This document shows positions 54,120 to 64,000 of a DNA stretch of 64,000 bases, in pieces. The DNA comes from Chlorokybus atmophyticus (taxonomy: Eukaryota > Plantae > Mesostigma and Chlorokybus algae): the NCBI GenBank assembly GCA_009103225.1, contig RHPI01001202.1, positions 378,272 to 442,271 on the forward strand, given 5' to 3'. A program made the translations under genes and the position numbers. The notes beneath the pieces are model-generated. The model saw only the letters and a list, made by a program, of their open reading frames with translations, did no database searches and was not told the origin of the DNA. Position 1 is the stretch's first letter. Each line of letters starts with the position of its first letter.

Positions 54120-55310
54120 CTATTTCTTGTCCCTCTGCTGCTTAGCCTTTTGTGCAATCTGCTTTGCATAGCACTTGGCCTCTCCATGACCTGTCTTCTT
54201 GCAAAAACCGCAAGTGATGATGGATTTGGCCGCGTTGTAGGGGCCAGCAGGATGAGATGTTTTCGCCTTTTTCACAAAAGGTTTGTTGTCAGTGGCCGGG
54301 CGCTTTGCAGCTGAAACCGGGGCTGCCTCTTTTGCCGTGGTTTGCATTTTTGCGTAAGAGCGCTTTGCACTGTCCACAGCAGCAACCATCTGCATCAGCA
54401 TTGGTAAATCCGTCGAGGCCCACTGTTGCAAACTCGCGGGGTTGACGGCCACATGCTGCACGAGATCTGTGTCCAAGCCACGCCTGAACATATCCAGCTG
54501 ATCAGCATCACTGATAGGTAGTTTGCCAGCAATGATCTTGCTGACAAACGACTGAAAATCCTGGATATACTGCTGAACCGGACGCCCGTTCTGACGCAGG
54601 TTGTGCAGCTGGTTGCGAGCAACCTGGGCAGGATCTGCGCCACCATAGCGCTGCTCCATGAAAGAGCACAACTGTTTCACTTCCCGCCCGAGGTTCGTAT
54701 CCCGTTGCTTACGGTGGTACCACTCTGCCAAAGCATCGTTTGGGATCAGCAACTCAGCTACACGCAACTTCCCCTCCTCAGAAATGTGAAGGGAGTTGAC
54801 ATAGTGTCTCAGCTTTACAAGCCAGTCGAAAATTGCCGCTTGTTTGTTGGGAACAAACTCGGCAAGTCGAGCAAGCGCCTGAACATGTGGACCACTATCA
54901 GAGCGTTGAATGCGCTCGATCATGTTCAGAACACGTTTTCCTTCACCCATCGATCCCTCCCATTCTTGCCCCATAAAGGTGGTGAGCTTTGAGATCTTTT
55001 TCGCCACATGAAAGAGGAAGTTGACTCGCGAGACAATTGTCTCGCGAGGCTCCTCATCAGAGGTGCCAAGAAAGTGGTCCGTCAACTCCGGTTTTGTCAA
55101 GCGAACTGAGATTTCAGGCTGAACAAATGATGGTGGTGGTGGTGGTCCGTCTGGTTCCACCAAGCCATCCACATCCTTAGCAGCATGAGACTCATCAGGT
55201 GCATCATCCGGGTTGAAAATATCCTCCATGGATGGAAACTCCTCCTCACGGGATAATTGCTGTTTTTGCGAGCTTTCCCCCTTTGAGGTGGGCACCGAGT
55301 TCTCTTCCAT
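54120..55310 (-). CDS. Chromovirus gag (open frame)
   Basis: MEENSVP... from the ATG at 55310, LRQNGRPVQQYIQDF, zinc knuckle CGFCKKTGHGEAKC, TAG at 54120-54122. Confidence 0.8.
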   Translation of the reverse strand: MEENSVPTSKGESSQKQQLSREEEFPSMEDIFNPDDAPDESHAAKDVDGLVEPDGPPPPPSFVQPEISVRLTKPELTDHFLGTSDEEPRETIVSRVNFLFHVAKKISKLTTFMGQEWEGSMGEGKRVLNMIERIQRSDSGPHVQALARLAEFVPNKQAAIFDWLVKLRHYVNSLHISEEGKLRVAELLIPNDALAEWYHRKQRDTNLGREVKQLCSFMEQRYGGADPAQVARNQLHNLRQNGRPVQQYIQDFQSFVSKIIAGKLPISDADQLDMFRRGLDTDLVQHVAVNPASLQQWASTDLPMLMQMVAAVDSAKRSYAKMQTTAKEAAPVSAAKRPATDNKPFVKKAKTSHPAGPYNAAKSIITCGFCKKTGHGEAKCYAKQIAQKAKQQRDKK

Positions 55311-56150
55311 TTGTCTGCAAAACAGGCTAACCCTACGCAAGCAACTGAGCGCACTCAGGAAGGAGGCAGCAGAACCCATCACAAAGTATGTTGCGCGTGC
55401 GAGAGAGCTGTGGGCGGACCTCATCAACGTCGGCCACAACATGGGGGAGACGGAGGTTGTGCTGGCTGTTGTTGGAGGGCTACCAGCAGAGTACGAGGTC
55501 GTTGCAACACTGCTGGAGACATCGTCATCGGAGCTGACGCTGGACAAAGTACTGCCGAAGCTGCTCACCGTGGAGCAAAGGGTGATGAAGAAGGACGAGC
55601 AAGCTGATGCCGTGGCCTTCTACACCAACAAGCACGGGAAGAAGAGCAACCATGAAGAGAAGAACAAAGGCAACAAGCCTGGCAATCCTCGTCACAAAGA
55701 CCTCACATGCCACTGGTGTGGTTGGAAGGGGCACATTGTAAAGGACTGTAGGAAGAAACAACAGGGGCAACCTAGAGCAAGCACCAGCAACAGCGGCAAC
55801 AAGCACCAGCACAAGGAGAAACATGTCGCCTTCACTGCATCCAGTTCGAGGGCGGGCACAGCTTTCTGGGTGGTGGACTCTGGCTGCGATCGTCATCTCA
55901 CACCAAACAAGGAGGTGATGGAGGGCTACAAGAAGCTGACGTCCACAATCAAGGTGGCGGGCTTCGGTGGCAAAGTATTGGTGGCTGAGGGAGTTGGCAA
56001 CGTACGACTCCAGTGCAAGGTTGGTAACACACTACGCGAGGTGTTGTTATGCAACGTCCTGCATGTTCCCAAGGCTACTGCGAGTCTATTCTCTGTGAGG
56101 GTTGCGGAGCGCTTAGGCGCGGAGATCCTATTTCGGAAGGGTGGCTGCAC

Positions 56151-56706
56151 TGTAACAAATGCCGGCGTCGCCGCCGACAACCCTTCAATCCTCTACCCCA
56201 ACACCCACACCATCGGAGACAAGCCGTATGACACCGCCGGCAGCATGGCGCTGCAAGGGGTAGAAAACTGATGAGGTCCCATCAGTTGATGGGGCCTTTT
56301 ATATCAAGAGTATATCACTATGATATATCTCGATATCGAACTCACAAGTAGATATCCGCCGTATAGATAGGGTTGCTGTTAGAGATCTCGCGTGAGCCAA
56401 TCAGAGCTCAGATATCAAACGATAAGGTCCTCAACGATAAGGTACCTAACGATAGGGTACCTAGCGACGAGGTACCTAACTTGATATCTGACTATAGTGA
56501 TCGCATATATGATATGCGACACTAAATAGGCTTGATAGGCGGTTCTACACCCATTGGGACTTATCCAAGCTATAATAAACTATTATAAGCTTTGATAAGC
56601 GAGGAACCGTAGGAAAGAGGTATAATAAGTATTTAATTGCATTTATCCATACAACATGTGTCATTTAGGTAGCAATAATACCCCTATTATTATTGCTCCC
56701 GTTGCA
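56151..56706 (-). mobile_element. Solo LTR of a related chromovirus subfamily inserted in copia pol
   Basis: TGTAAC...GTTGCA ends with TSD TGCAC at 56146-56150 and 56707-56711. Homologous to the flanking LTRs. Removing it plus one TSD restores the copia frame KGGCT-VILDG. Confidence 0.95.
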
Positions 56707-59522
56707 TGCACAGTCATCCTTGATGGGGTCGTGCACATGGTTGGAATCGCTGATCCGGGAGGGCTCTACCACGTGGAGCAGCACCCTAAGGACATTGACA
56801 TTCAAGCCATGGTGGTCAAGGACAAGGAGTCGCCAACATTGTGGCATCGAAGGTTCGGGCATCTCAGCTACGTCAACCTCACTCGCCTTGTCGCTGAGAA
56901 GATGGTAAAGGGCATCTATCTCAGCACAGAAGAACTCAAGAATGCATCTGGTGCACTTTGTAAACCATGCCTGGTTGTAAAGCAGCATGCTATGCCATTC
57001 CCATCATCCTCTTCTAGCAGTCAGCATCCTTGCGAGCTTGTGCACATGGATGTCTGTGGCCCTATGCGCATTGTGGCGAAGGGAGGGGCCAGGTACTTTG
57101 CTACATTCCTCGACGACTACAGCAAGCTGTCCATCATCTTTCCATTAATGCTCAAGTCAGAAGTTGCTGGAGCTGTGCGCACAGTTGTGGCCTTGTTGGA
57201 GACGCAGTCTAGCAACAAGATGAAGGCAATGAGGAGTGACCAAGGAGGGGAGTACATCAACAAGGAGTTGAAGGAGTTCTTCGCCTGCAAGGGCATACGC
57301 CACGAGACAACGGCACCCTACACCCCGCAGCAGAATGGAGCAGCTGAACGTCTCAACAGGACACTCTTGGAGCGTGTTTGAACCATGCTCAACGATACAA
57401 AGATGGAAGACAGTCTGTGGAAGGAGGCGGTACTCACTGCCAACTACATCCGCAACAGGTCTCCGGTGAGCTCAGAGCAGAAGACTCCGTGGGAGCACTT
57501 CTATGAAGCCACACCAGATGTGAGTGGTATGCGTGTGTTTGAATGCACGGCATATGCACTAGTGCCTAAACAGCTCAGGCACAAACCGGAGCCAGTCAGC
57601 AAGAAGGGCATCTGCGTTGGTTATGAACCGGGTTCCAAGGCTTACAGGATCTTGCTCGAGGACACTCAGAAGATCATCGTGAGCAGAGAGGTGGTTTTTC
57701 ATGAGGGATTATCACAACCAGAAGCAGGCTTCTTTCCGGGAGATGACGATGAAGTACAGCCACAGGAGCATCCTAAGACAGTGGAGGCTGAGGGCGAGGC
57801 AGTCATCAACAATAAGGGTGAGCGAGACTCAGTTGTAGCAGGCCAGAAGAAGCCGCACCTGCAGCAGGAGCACGCAGCTCGGAGATACCCAGTGAGGGAG
57901 AGAAAGGCACCTGACTTCCTACACAAGGCACACGTCGCCAGTGTGCAGCATGAGGAGCCAAGCACCTACAAGGAGGCTTTGTTAGCACCAGATGCGGAGC
58001 AATGGCAGCGTGCTATGGACGAGGAGATTGCGTCACTCCATGCCAACAACACTTGGTCACTGGAGCAGTTACCGCAAGGAGTGAAGACCATTCCAGTGAA
58101 ATGGGTCTTCAAGGTGAAGCGTGATGGTCAGGGCAACATTGAGCGCTACAAGGCAAGACTGGTGGCAAAGGGCTTCTTGCAGCAGGAAGGTGTGGACTTC
58201 AACGAAGTGTTTGCACCTGCAAGTAAGCATACCACCTTCCGTGCACAGCTAGCTATGGTTGCTGCTGAAGACCTGCATCACCTGGATGTGAAGACTGCCT
58301 TCCTCTATGGAGAGCTGGAGGAGGAGATCTTCATCGAGCAACCACCTGAATATAAAGAAGGGGAGAGAGGCACAGCGTGCAAGCTGATCAAGGCACTGTA
58401 CGGGCTGCGACAGGCACCGCGTATGTGGCACATCAAGCTCACCAAGGAGCTGGAGGCACTTGGCTTCACCGCATCCTCTGCAGACCCTGGGCTCTTCATC
58501 CATGCAGACAACAAGGTCTGGCTGCTCGTGTATGTTGATGATATCATCATCACCGCCAGGCAGGAGCACCACCTGCAGGAGACGAAACTTGCTCTCAGCA
58601 AGCATTCTCAGTCCGTGATCTTAGAGAGGCCAAGTGGTTCCTTGGCATGGTGATTGAGCGCGACAGGGCTGCACGCACAATCAAGATCAGTCAAGAGCAG
58701 ATGGTAAGAAGACTCGTCACCAAGTTTGCGCTCACTGAAGCAAAGACCAAGACCACACCGTTGGCACTTGGCACTGCCCTCATCAAGGCAAAGGATGAGG
58801 ACGTACTCGACAAGGCTTTGTATCCATATGGTGAGCTGGTATGAAGCATGCTCTATCTGACAGTGTGCACACATCCCGATGTTGCACATGCTGTGGGAGT
58901 ACTTGCTCGCTACATGTCTGCACCGAGCATGGAGCACTGGAGAGCAGCAAAGGGAGTACTACGCTTTGTTGCTGGGAGCGCAACAGTTGGCATCAAGTTT
59001 GGGAGCGGGAGCACTGAGTTGGAGGGCTACTGCGACTCGGACTTTGCTGGTGACCTCAACAGCAGGAGGTCCACTACAAGCTATGTCTTCAAGCTGAACG
59101 GAGGCGTGGTGAGCTGCAACAGCAGGCTGCAGCCAACAACAGCAGCATCTACATCAGAGGCTAAGTACATGGCAGCGGCAGCAGCAGTGAAGGAGGCACT
59201 CTGGCTTCGCAAGCTCATGGCAGACTTGGAGCACCCCATGGCGTGCATCGCCATCAACTGTGACAACCAAGGAGCCATCAAGTTGTTGAAGCACCCTATC
59301 GCCTCAGCAAAGACGAAGCACATTGATGTCATGCATTACTTTGTGCGTGACAGAGTCACAAGGAAGGAGGTGGAGTTCCAGTACTGCAACGCCGAGGGCA
59401 TGCTGGCGGACTTCATGACAAAGCCATTGTCACCGCTCAAGTTCAAGACTTGTTGCGCAGGACTTGGCATCTGTGTTTGACTACAGGCGCAAGCGTTGGA
59501 GGTCAAGCTGCTCGCGTGGGAG

Positions 59523-59946
59523 TGTTGAGAGTATTCCTACATACGATCAGCATCGACCCTCCACATAGGAGTAGAAGGTCGTAAGGACGAGCATTAGGTC
59601 CGGACTTAGCAAGATGGCGTCGTCGGACCAGACTCCGGACTCCAGACTGGAGCCTTACTAACTGCTTCGTCTCTCCGCGTATACTTACTCATATTAGGCG
59701 TGTAAGAGCTTGTTGAAAAGCTCTGCTTGTAAGAAAGACAACGCAGCTTAGAGCGTGTCAAAAGGCTGAGTATAGCTTACGCAGTGCTTGCAAACGTAAA
59801 CGTGTGTGTAACTGGCTGGTATAAGATACAGCAGACAACTTGTAATAGATGAATGTGATGTGACTTGTGTATGCTCTGGTGGCGATAGCTCTGTCTCTGT
59901 GTGTCTATACTTGCCTCAGCTACATGTGCATGCTAGTCCTTCAACA
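59523..59946 (+). repeat. 3' LTR of the copia element
   Basis: Follows the PPT and has TGTTG...CAACA termini. No 5' partner is present in the window. Confidence 0.8.
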
Positions 59947-59959
59947 CAACTGTGACATG

Positions 59960-60153
59960 CACTGGCAAGCACAATGACAAGCAATCACCGCATGCAATGA
60001 CAGGCAATCACCGCAAGCAATGATAGTGCACTAAGTGTGACAAGCAGTGATGGCACTAGCAAGCACTCATGCACTGGCAAGTCACTGGCAAGCACAATGA
60101 CAAGCAATCACCGCATGCAATGACAGGCAATCACTGCCAGCAATGATAGTGCA
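59960..60153 (+). repeat. Direct repeat (~70 bp, period 123) in the chromovirus 5' leader
   Basis: cactggcaagcacaatgacaagcaatcaccgcatgcaatgacaggcaatcac...caatgatagtgca starts at 59960 and at 60083. Confidence 0.85.
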
Positions 60154-60403
60154 TGAAAGTATACACGTGCACCTGACAAGCACCTGGCAAGCAGGCAAGT
60201 CACCGACATGTGTAATGGTACCTCACACGTGGAGAGGCCGCCTCTTTAATGGGTGGCTTTAACGTGGAGGTAGCGCAGGGAAGCTAACTTGAAGCTTGGG
60301 CTGCGTGGACGAATAGAAGGCCGCCAACGACGCCTTTTAATTGGCCGAAAGCAGGTCGTTGCCCTATAAGTACCCACGTCACCCCCCAGCTCCTGGATAC
60401 CAA

Positions 60404-60928
60404 TGTAACAGCACCACCGTCGCCGGTGATGCCCCTTCAATCCTCTACCCCAACACCCACACCGCCTATGACAAGCCTTTCTACGGCGTGGCCGCCACTG
60501 AGCAGAGAACTGAAAGAGGTCACATCAGATTGATGTGACTTTTTATATCAAGAGTATATCAACTATATACCTCTTGATAATTAACTCACAACTAGACACC
60601 GACCCTACCGATAGGGTAGTTAGGAGATCTAGCGTGAGCCACTCACAGCTCAGATAAGGTACCTATTGATAAGGTACCTATCCAAAGATACTTATCGTAA
60701 GGTACCTAACAAGATAGTGATCACATTTTATCAAATGTGACACTAAATAGGCTTGAATAGCAGTTCTACACCCATTGGGACTTATTTAAACTATGATAAA
60801 GCATCATAGCCTTTAATAAGTCAGGAACCATAGAAAAGAGGTATAAATAAGCATATTTAAATACTTATTCATACAAAATGTGTTATTTAAATAGCAATAA
60901 TACCCCTATTATTATTCCTCCCGTCACA
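60404..60928 (-). repeat. 5' LTR of the chromovirus
   Basis: Followed on the minus strand by the PBS-like sequence; TSD CCATC on the outer side. Confidence 0.95.
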
Positions 60929-61754
60929 CCATCACTTACCTTCCTCATCTTCTTCATCATCGGACAATGGCCCGAGAGCAACAGGTGCCAGTATTTCAGC
61001 ATCCGTTGCTGTTGCCTCCGTGGGCAATATCTCATACATGTCCACAAACTCCTCGGCGCCGATTGTGTCTGATGCTGGAAGCTTCATCCGCGCCATGAGT
61101 TGCTGCAAATCATCCAACTCCTACGCGCAGTAGCAATGCAAGTTACCAATGTTGGCACAAGCATTGTTCAAGCAATAACCACCAACTAAGCATGCATACC
61201 TTGGCGTCAATGACGCGACGAACGGATGGGGCGTTGCGGTTGTCATTGATTGCATCAGCACACCAATCGGTAGGAATAACCTTGCTCTTGCGCCAGCAAT
61301 TGCGTATGGTAGAAGGAGTGAGCTCCATCCAAGCTTCACGGCTCCACATGACGGCGTCGCGCACATCCACTTTGGTTTTGCTGAGGTCGGAAGTGGGGTT
61401 GGCGTCAAACTCTGCAAGCATGTGTGCAACCAACTTCTTCTTGTACTTGCATAGCAATGCGTAAGACTCGAACATATCCTCACAAAGTAACGTGCTTTGC
61501 TCACATGATGTCAAACCTTACCTCATCTTGAATGCAGCAATTATGCCCGCATCCAAGGGTTGAATGACTGATGTTGTGTTTGGAGGCAAGAACACAACGG
61601 TCAGGTGAGACATAATGAGAGACTTGAAGCTGCCTTTTGTCCCCGACTTGGCTTGCGCGCAGATGTGCGTTGCTGCGTTGTCCATGAGCACCAGCACTGG
61701 TCGATTGGCACGGCGCATATCCTCATTGAACGCACATAACCACCGTGTAAACAC

Positions 61755-62481
61755 CTGCATGCCATTGCTGAAAATCAGCACAGTTCAGACATGTGCGCGC
61801 GCATACACACACGCGCGCGCATACACGCACACGCGCGCATGCACGCAGATCAGATGCATGACCATAATTGAATGCACACAACCACCACGCAAACACCTGC
61901 ATGCCATTGAACTGGAACTCAGCACATCAAACACGCACGCGCACGCACGCATGCACGCGCACGCACGCGCGCGCGCACACGTGCAGATCAGATACATGAC
62001 CATAATTGAATGCACACAACCACCATGCAAACACCTGCATGCCTGATTGAACTGGAATTCAGCACATCACACACATACGCGCACGCATGCGCGCGCGCGC
62101 ACGCGTGCAGATCAGATGCATGTCCTTGAAGTGAATGCACACAACCACCATGTAAGTACCTGCTTGTTATGATGATCAGCACAGCTCACACATACATACA
62201 TGCGCACGTATGTGTAAGCTGATTTGCATGCATGCGTACGTGCGCGTGCGTGCGTGCGTGCGCGTGCAGATTAGCACACCATGTACACAAGCACAGCATG
62301 CAGTGTCATGAAGATCAGCACAGCTCACACATACATACGCGCATATATGTGTGAGCTGATCTGCGTGCGCGTGGGCGTGTGCATGCATGCATGCGTGCGT
62401 GTGCGTGCAGACCAGCACACCATGTACGCACGCATGCAATCAATCAGTGAGTGCACGCCAATCAGTTGCATGACAACGCAC
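61755..62481 (-). repeat. Transposase intron expanded by ~125-142-bp tandem repeats
   Basis: The unit acacctgcatgcc..ttgaactggaa.tcagcacatca...gtgcagatcagat.catgaccataattgaatgcacacaaccacca is repeated about 3 times, followed by shorter repeats. Confidence 0.85.
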
Positions 62482-63507
62482 CTGGTGTGTCATCCACGCC
62501 GTTGAGTTGTACTCATAATTCACTCCAACTCGGTGAGGGTGCGAAGTTTTGCCAAAGCATCTTGGCTGCTTGGACTTGCCAATGAACAGCAAAGGACGCT
62601 TCTCCGTGCCGCTTGCATTTGTGCACAAGACAACAGTGCATCGATCCTTGTGCTTTTTCATTCTGTAACAAACAACACAATTAAGCTATGCTCATTAGCT
62701 TGGCTGTGCAGCTGCAGTGCACTGAGCTTTCTTACCCACGAGCGTCCAAGGCTGCAACTGCAAGCGTGCGACTTGGGCGTGCGCGGTAGAACAAACCCGA
62801 TTCGTCCATGTTGAAAGTATTGTCGGGGTCATACTCTTTCAGGAGGAGAGGCAGCTCCGTCATTGCCAAGCGCACACCATCCATGTCAGCATCTCCTGCC
62901 TCTCCATGCAATGCATAAGCCTTGATGCCGTGACGCTTTTTGAAACCATTAAGCCAGCCCGAAGAAAATGAGAAGCTTGATGCTATGTTTATACCAGCGG
63001 CATTCCGTAAGGGCTCGTGCTTTGGCAATTAAGACCTCATCAGTTAGTGTGGCCTTGCGCAACCGAGCTTGCCCAAAGCATGCATACAGTGCTGCTTCTG
63101 ATTCAGGATAATGTGCTTGCCTAACCTTCTTGAACACTACACCACGCTCACCAGCCTGAGCTATAACCTCGACAATCTTATCCTTTGAACGCAAAATTCT
63201 AAAGAGTACTAGCTGGCTGAGTGTCAGCCGTAACTTGTTGTTGATCATAAGTAGCAGGTCGCTCTGCTTCTCGCCAGGGTGTGCGTCAACCAATGCAATG
63301 ATTGCTTGCTTCTCATTGACAGTGTATGCTCGACGCTTGATGCCCTTGCTGCACGCATACATAGACAATTATTACCTCACACCTGTAGAATGTCACACTT
63401 ATAATCATGTTGATGCACAACTTACTTGCGACCTCCTCCACCACGCCCGCCGCGCTTTGCTGCGGCACCTCGTGCAGGCGCAGCGCTACTAGCACCAGCA
63501 CCATCAT

Positions 63508-63711
63508 GGGTAACTGGTTGACAACTCTCGGCCGGTTAGTGCCACTATCAACCACTTTTGGCCCGCGGCCGTCTGCGTCAGTCCACTTAAGCCAACGGCA
63601 AACCCAACAGTCCAGAAAAAATATTTCAGGCAGCAACAGGCAGGCTCAGGCAGGCTCAGGCACCAGTCAGTCCCTCAGTCCTTAGTCAGTCACCGTGTAA
63701 AATTTGCGATG
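63508..63711 (-). repeat. Dispersed repeat, second copy, upstream of the pogo transposase
   Basis: The reverse complement aligns with 2433-2620. Confidence 0.9.
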
Positions 63712-64000
63712 ATCGCCTGCATCAAACAGCGCCTCAGCCGAACCATGGCTGAAATCACTGTCGTCCTCCATGTCCATGTTCATGTTCATGAAGGGTAACG
63801 ATGCACCATTGCCGCCGCCGCCCTCGCCTGCGCCTACGCCTGCGCCGCCCCCAAGGCGGCCGCCCAGCGGCGGCGCATCTCCGCCGCTTGACGCTGGCTG
63901 GCGTGCGCAGCGATGTCATGCAGCAGCGTCACGCAGCGGTCTTGTGACGCTGTCACAAAATCGCTGCGTAACGCTGCGACGTCGACAGTACACTTCCTTA

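Larger units (their letters stand above)
55320..59946 (+). mobile_element. Ty1/copia LTR retrotransposon, 5'-deleted, in the chromovirus leader in opposite orientation
   Basis: gag RLTLRKQLSALRK..., CHWCGWKGHIVKDC, protease WVVDSGCDRH, LWHRRFGH, integrase VHMDVCGP..RSDQGGEY..QQNGAAERLNR, RT KARLVAKGF..DVKTAFL..YVDD, RNase H CDSDFAG..KHIDV. PPT ctcgcgtgggag is followed by a TGTTG..CAACA LTR at 59523-59946. Stops at 57379 and 58842 and a frameshift near 58610. Confidence 0.93.
49702..60928 (-). mobile_element. Ty3/gypsy chromovirus LTR retrotransposon, full-length but degenerate
   Basis: LTRs at 49702-50227 and 60404-60928 have TGTAAC..GTTACA-type ends. A 5-bp TSD CCATC sits at 49697-49701 and 60929-60933. 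PPT at 50228-50240 and PBS-like TGGTATCCAGGAGC at 60389-60402. Domain order is gag-PR-RT-RH-IN-chromodomain. Confidence 0.95.
49387..63510 (-). pseudogene. CENP-B/pogo-family DDE_1 transposase, intron-containing
   Basis: HTH KRRAYTVNEKQAII...YPESEAALY...LTDEVLIAKA; FSSGWLNGFKKRHGI; FNMDESGLFY; KDRCTVVLCTNASGTEK..IGKSKQPRCF; LMDNAATH; FLPPNTTSVIQPLDAGII; IRNCWRKS; ...DEE|DDPDNQPPHAPTLREA...QSTIHSFF (last exon 49387-49628). Lesions: a frameshift near 63013 and an AG-to-AA acceptor at 61447-61448. Confidence 0.9.
49048..64000 (-). mobile_element. pogo/Tigger-like DNA transposon, interrupted by nested LTR elements; the far end is probably outside the window
   Basis: TA followed by CAGTCTACTCTCCTTATAAG at 49048 is a pogo-like TIR start. 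Subterminal ataagtat motifs repeat over about 49060-49220. Transposase exons lie on both sides of the LTR nest. Confidence 0.7.

Noticed and set aside
55311-55568. N-terminal extension of the 482-aa gag ORF, and the first ~35 aa of ORF 55213..56271
   Set aside because: Each is the antisense reading of the neighbouring element across a deletion junction, not a real overlapping gene.
59940-60200. Repeat array as CRISPR-like
   Set aside because: Eukaryotic context, degenerate tandem units without unique spacers, and no cas genes.

Overview
Eukaryotic genomic scaffold with three N-gaps. It is most likely from a flagellated green-lineage alga, given plant-like BRR2 and DET2, central-pair PF20, short spliceosomal introns and strong TG/CA enrichment; the organism is inferred, not shown. 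A host gene block at about 13.9-48.5 kb holds F-box/LRR, steroid 5-alpha-reductase, RING-CH, PF20/SPAG16, a coiled-coil protein, a MORN protein and BRR2. Two blocks of decayed transposons flank it. Left block: a Plavaka-like DNA transposase, then a CRE-clade non-LTR retrotransposon whose frame runs from the post-RT zinc-knuckle start into a phage/bacterial-type C5 cytosine methyltransferase where the restriction-like endonuclease should be. This is the strongest novelty candidate. Right block: a four-layer nest verified by target-site duplications. A pogo/Tigger transposase intron contains a Ty3 chromovirus (TSD CCATC), which contains a 5'-deleted Ty1/copia, which contains a solo LTR (TSD TGCAC). 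The chromovirus appears to carry a Dam-like adenine methyltransferase domain between gag and protease, and its LTRs are chains of hairpins with compensatory changes. All domain calls come from motif recognition by eye; no searches were run.
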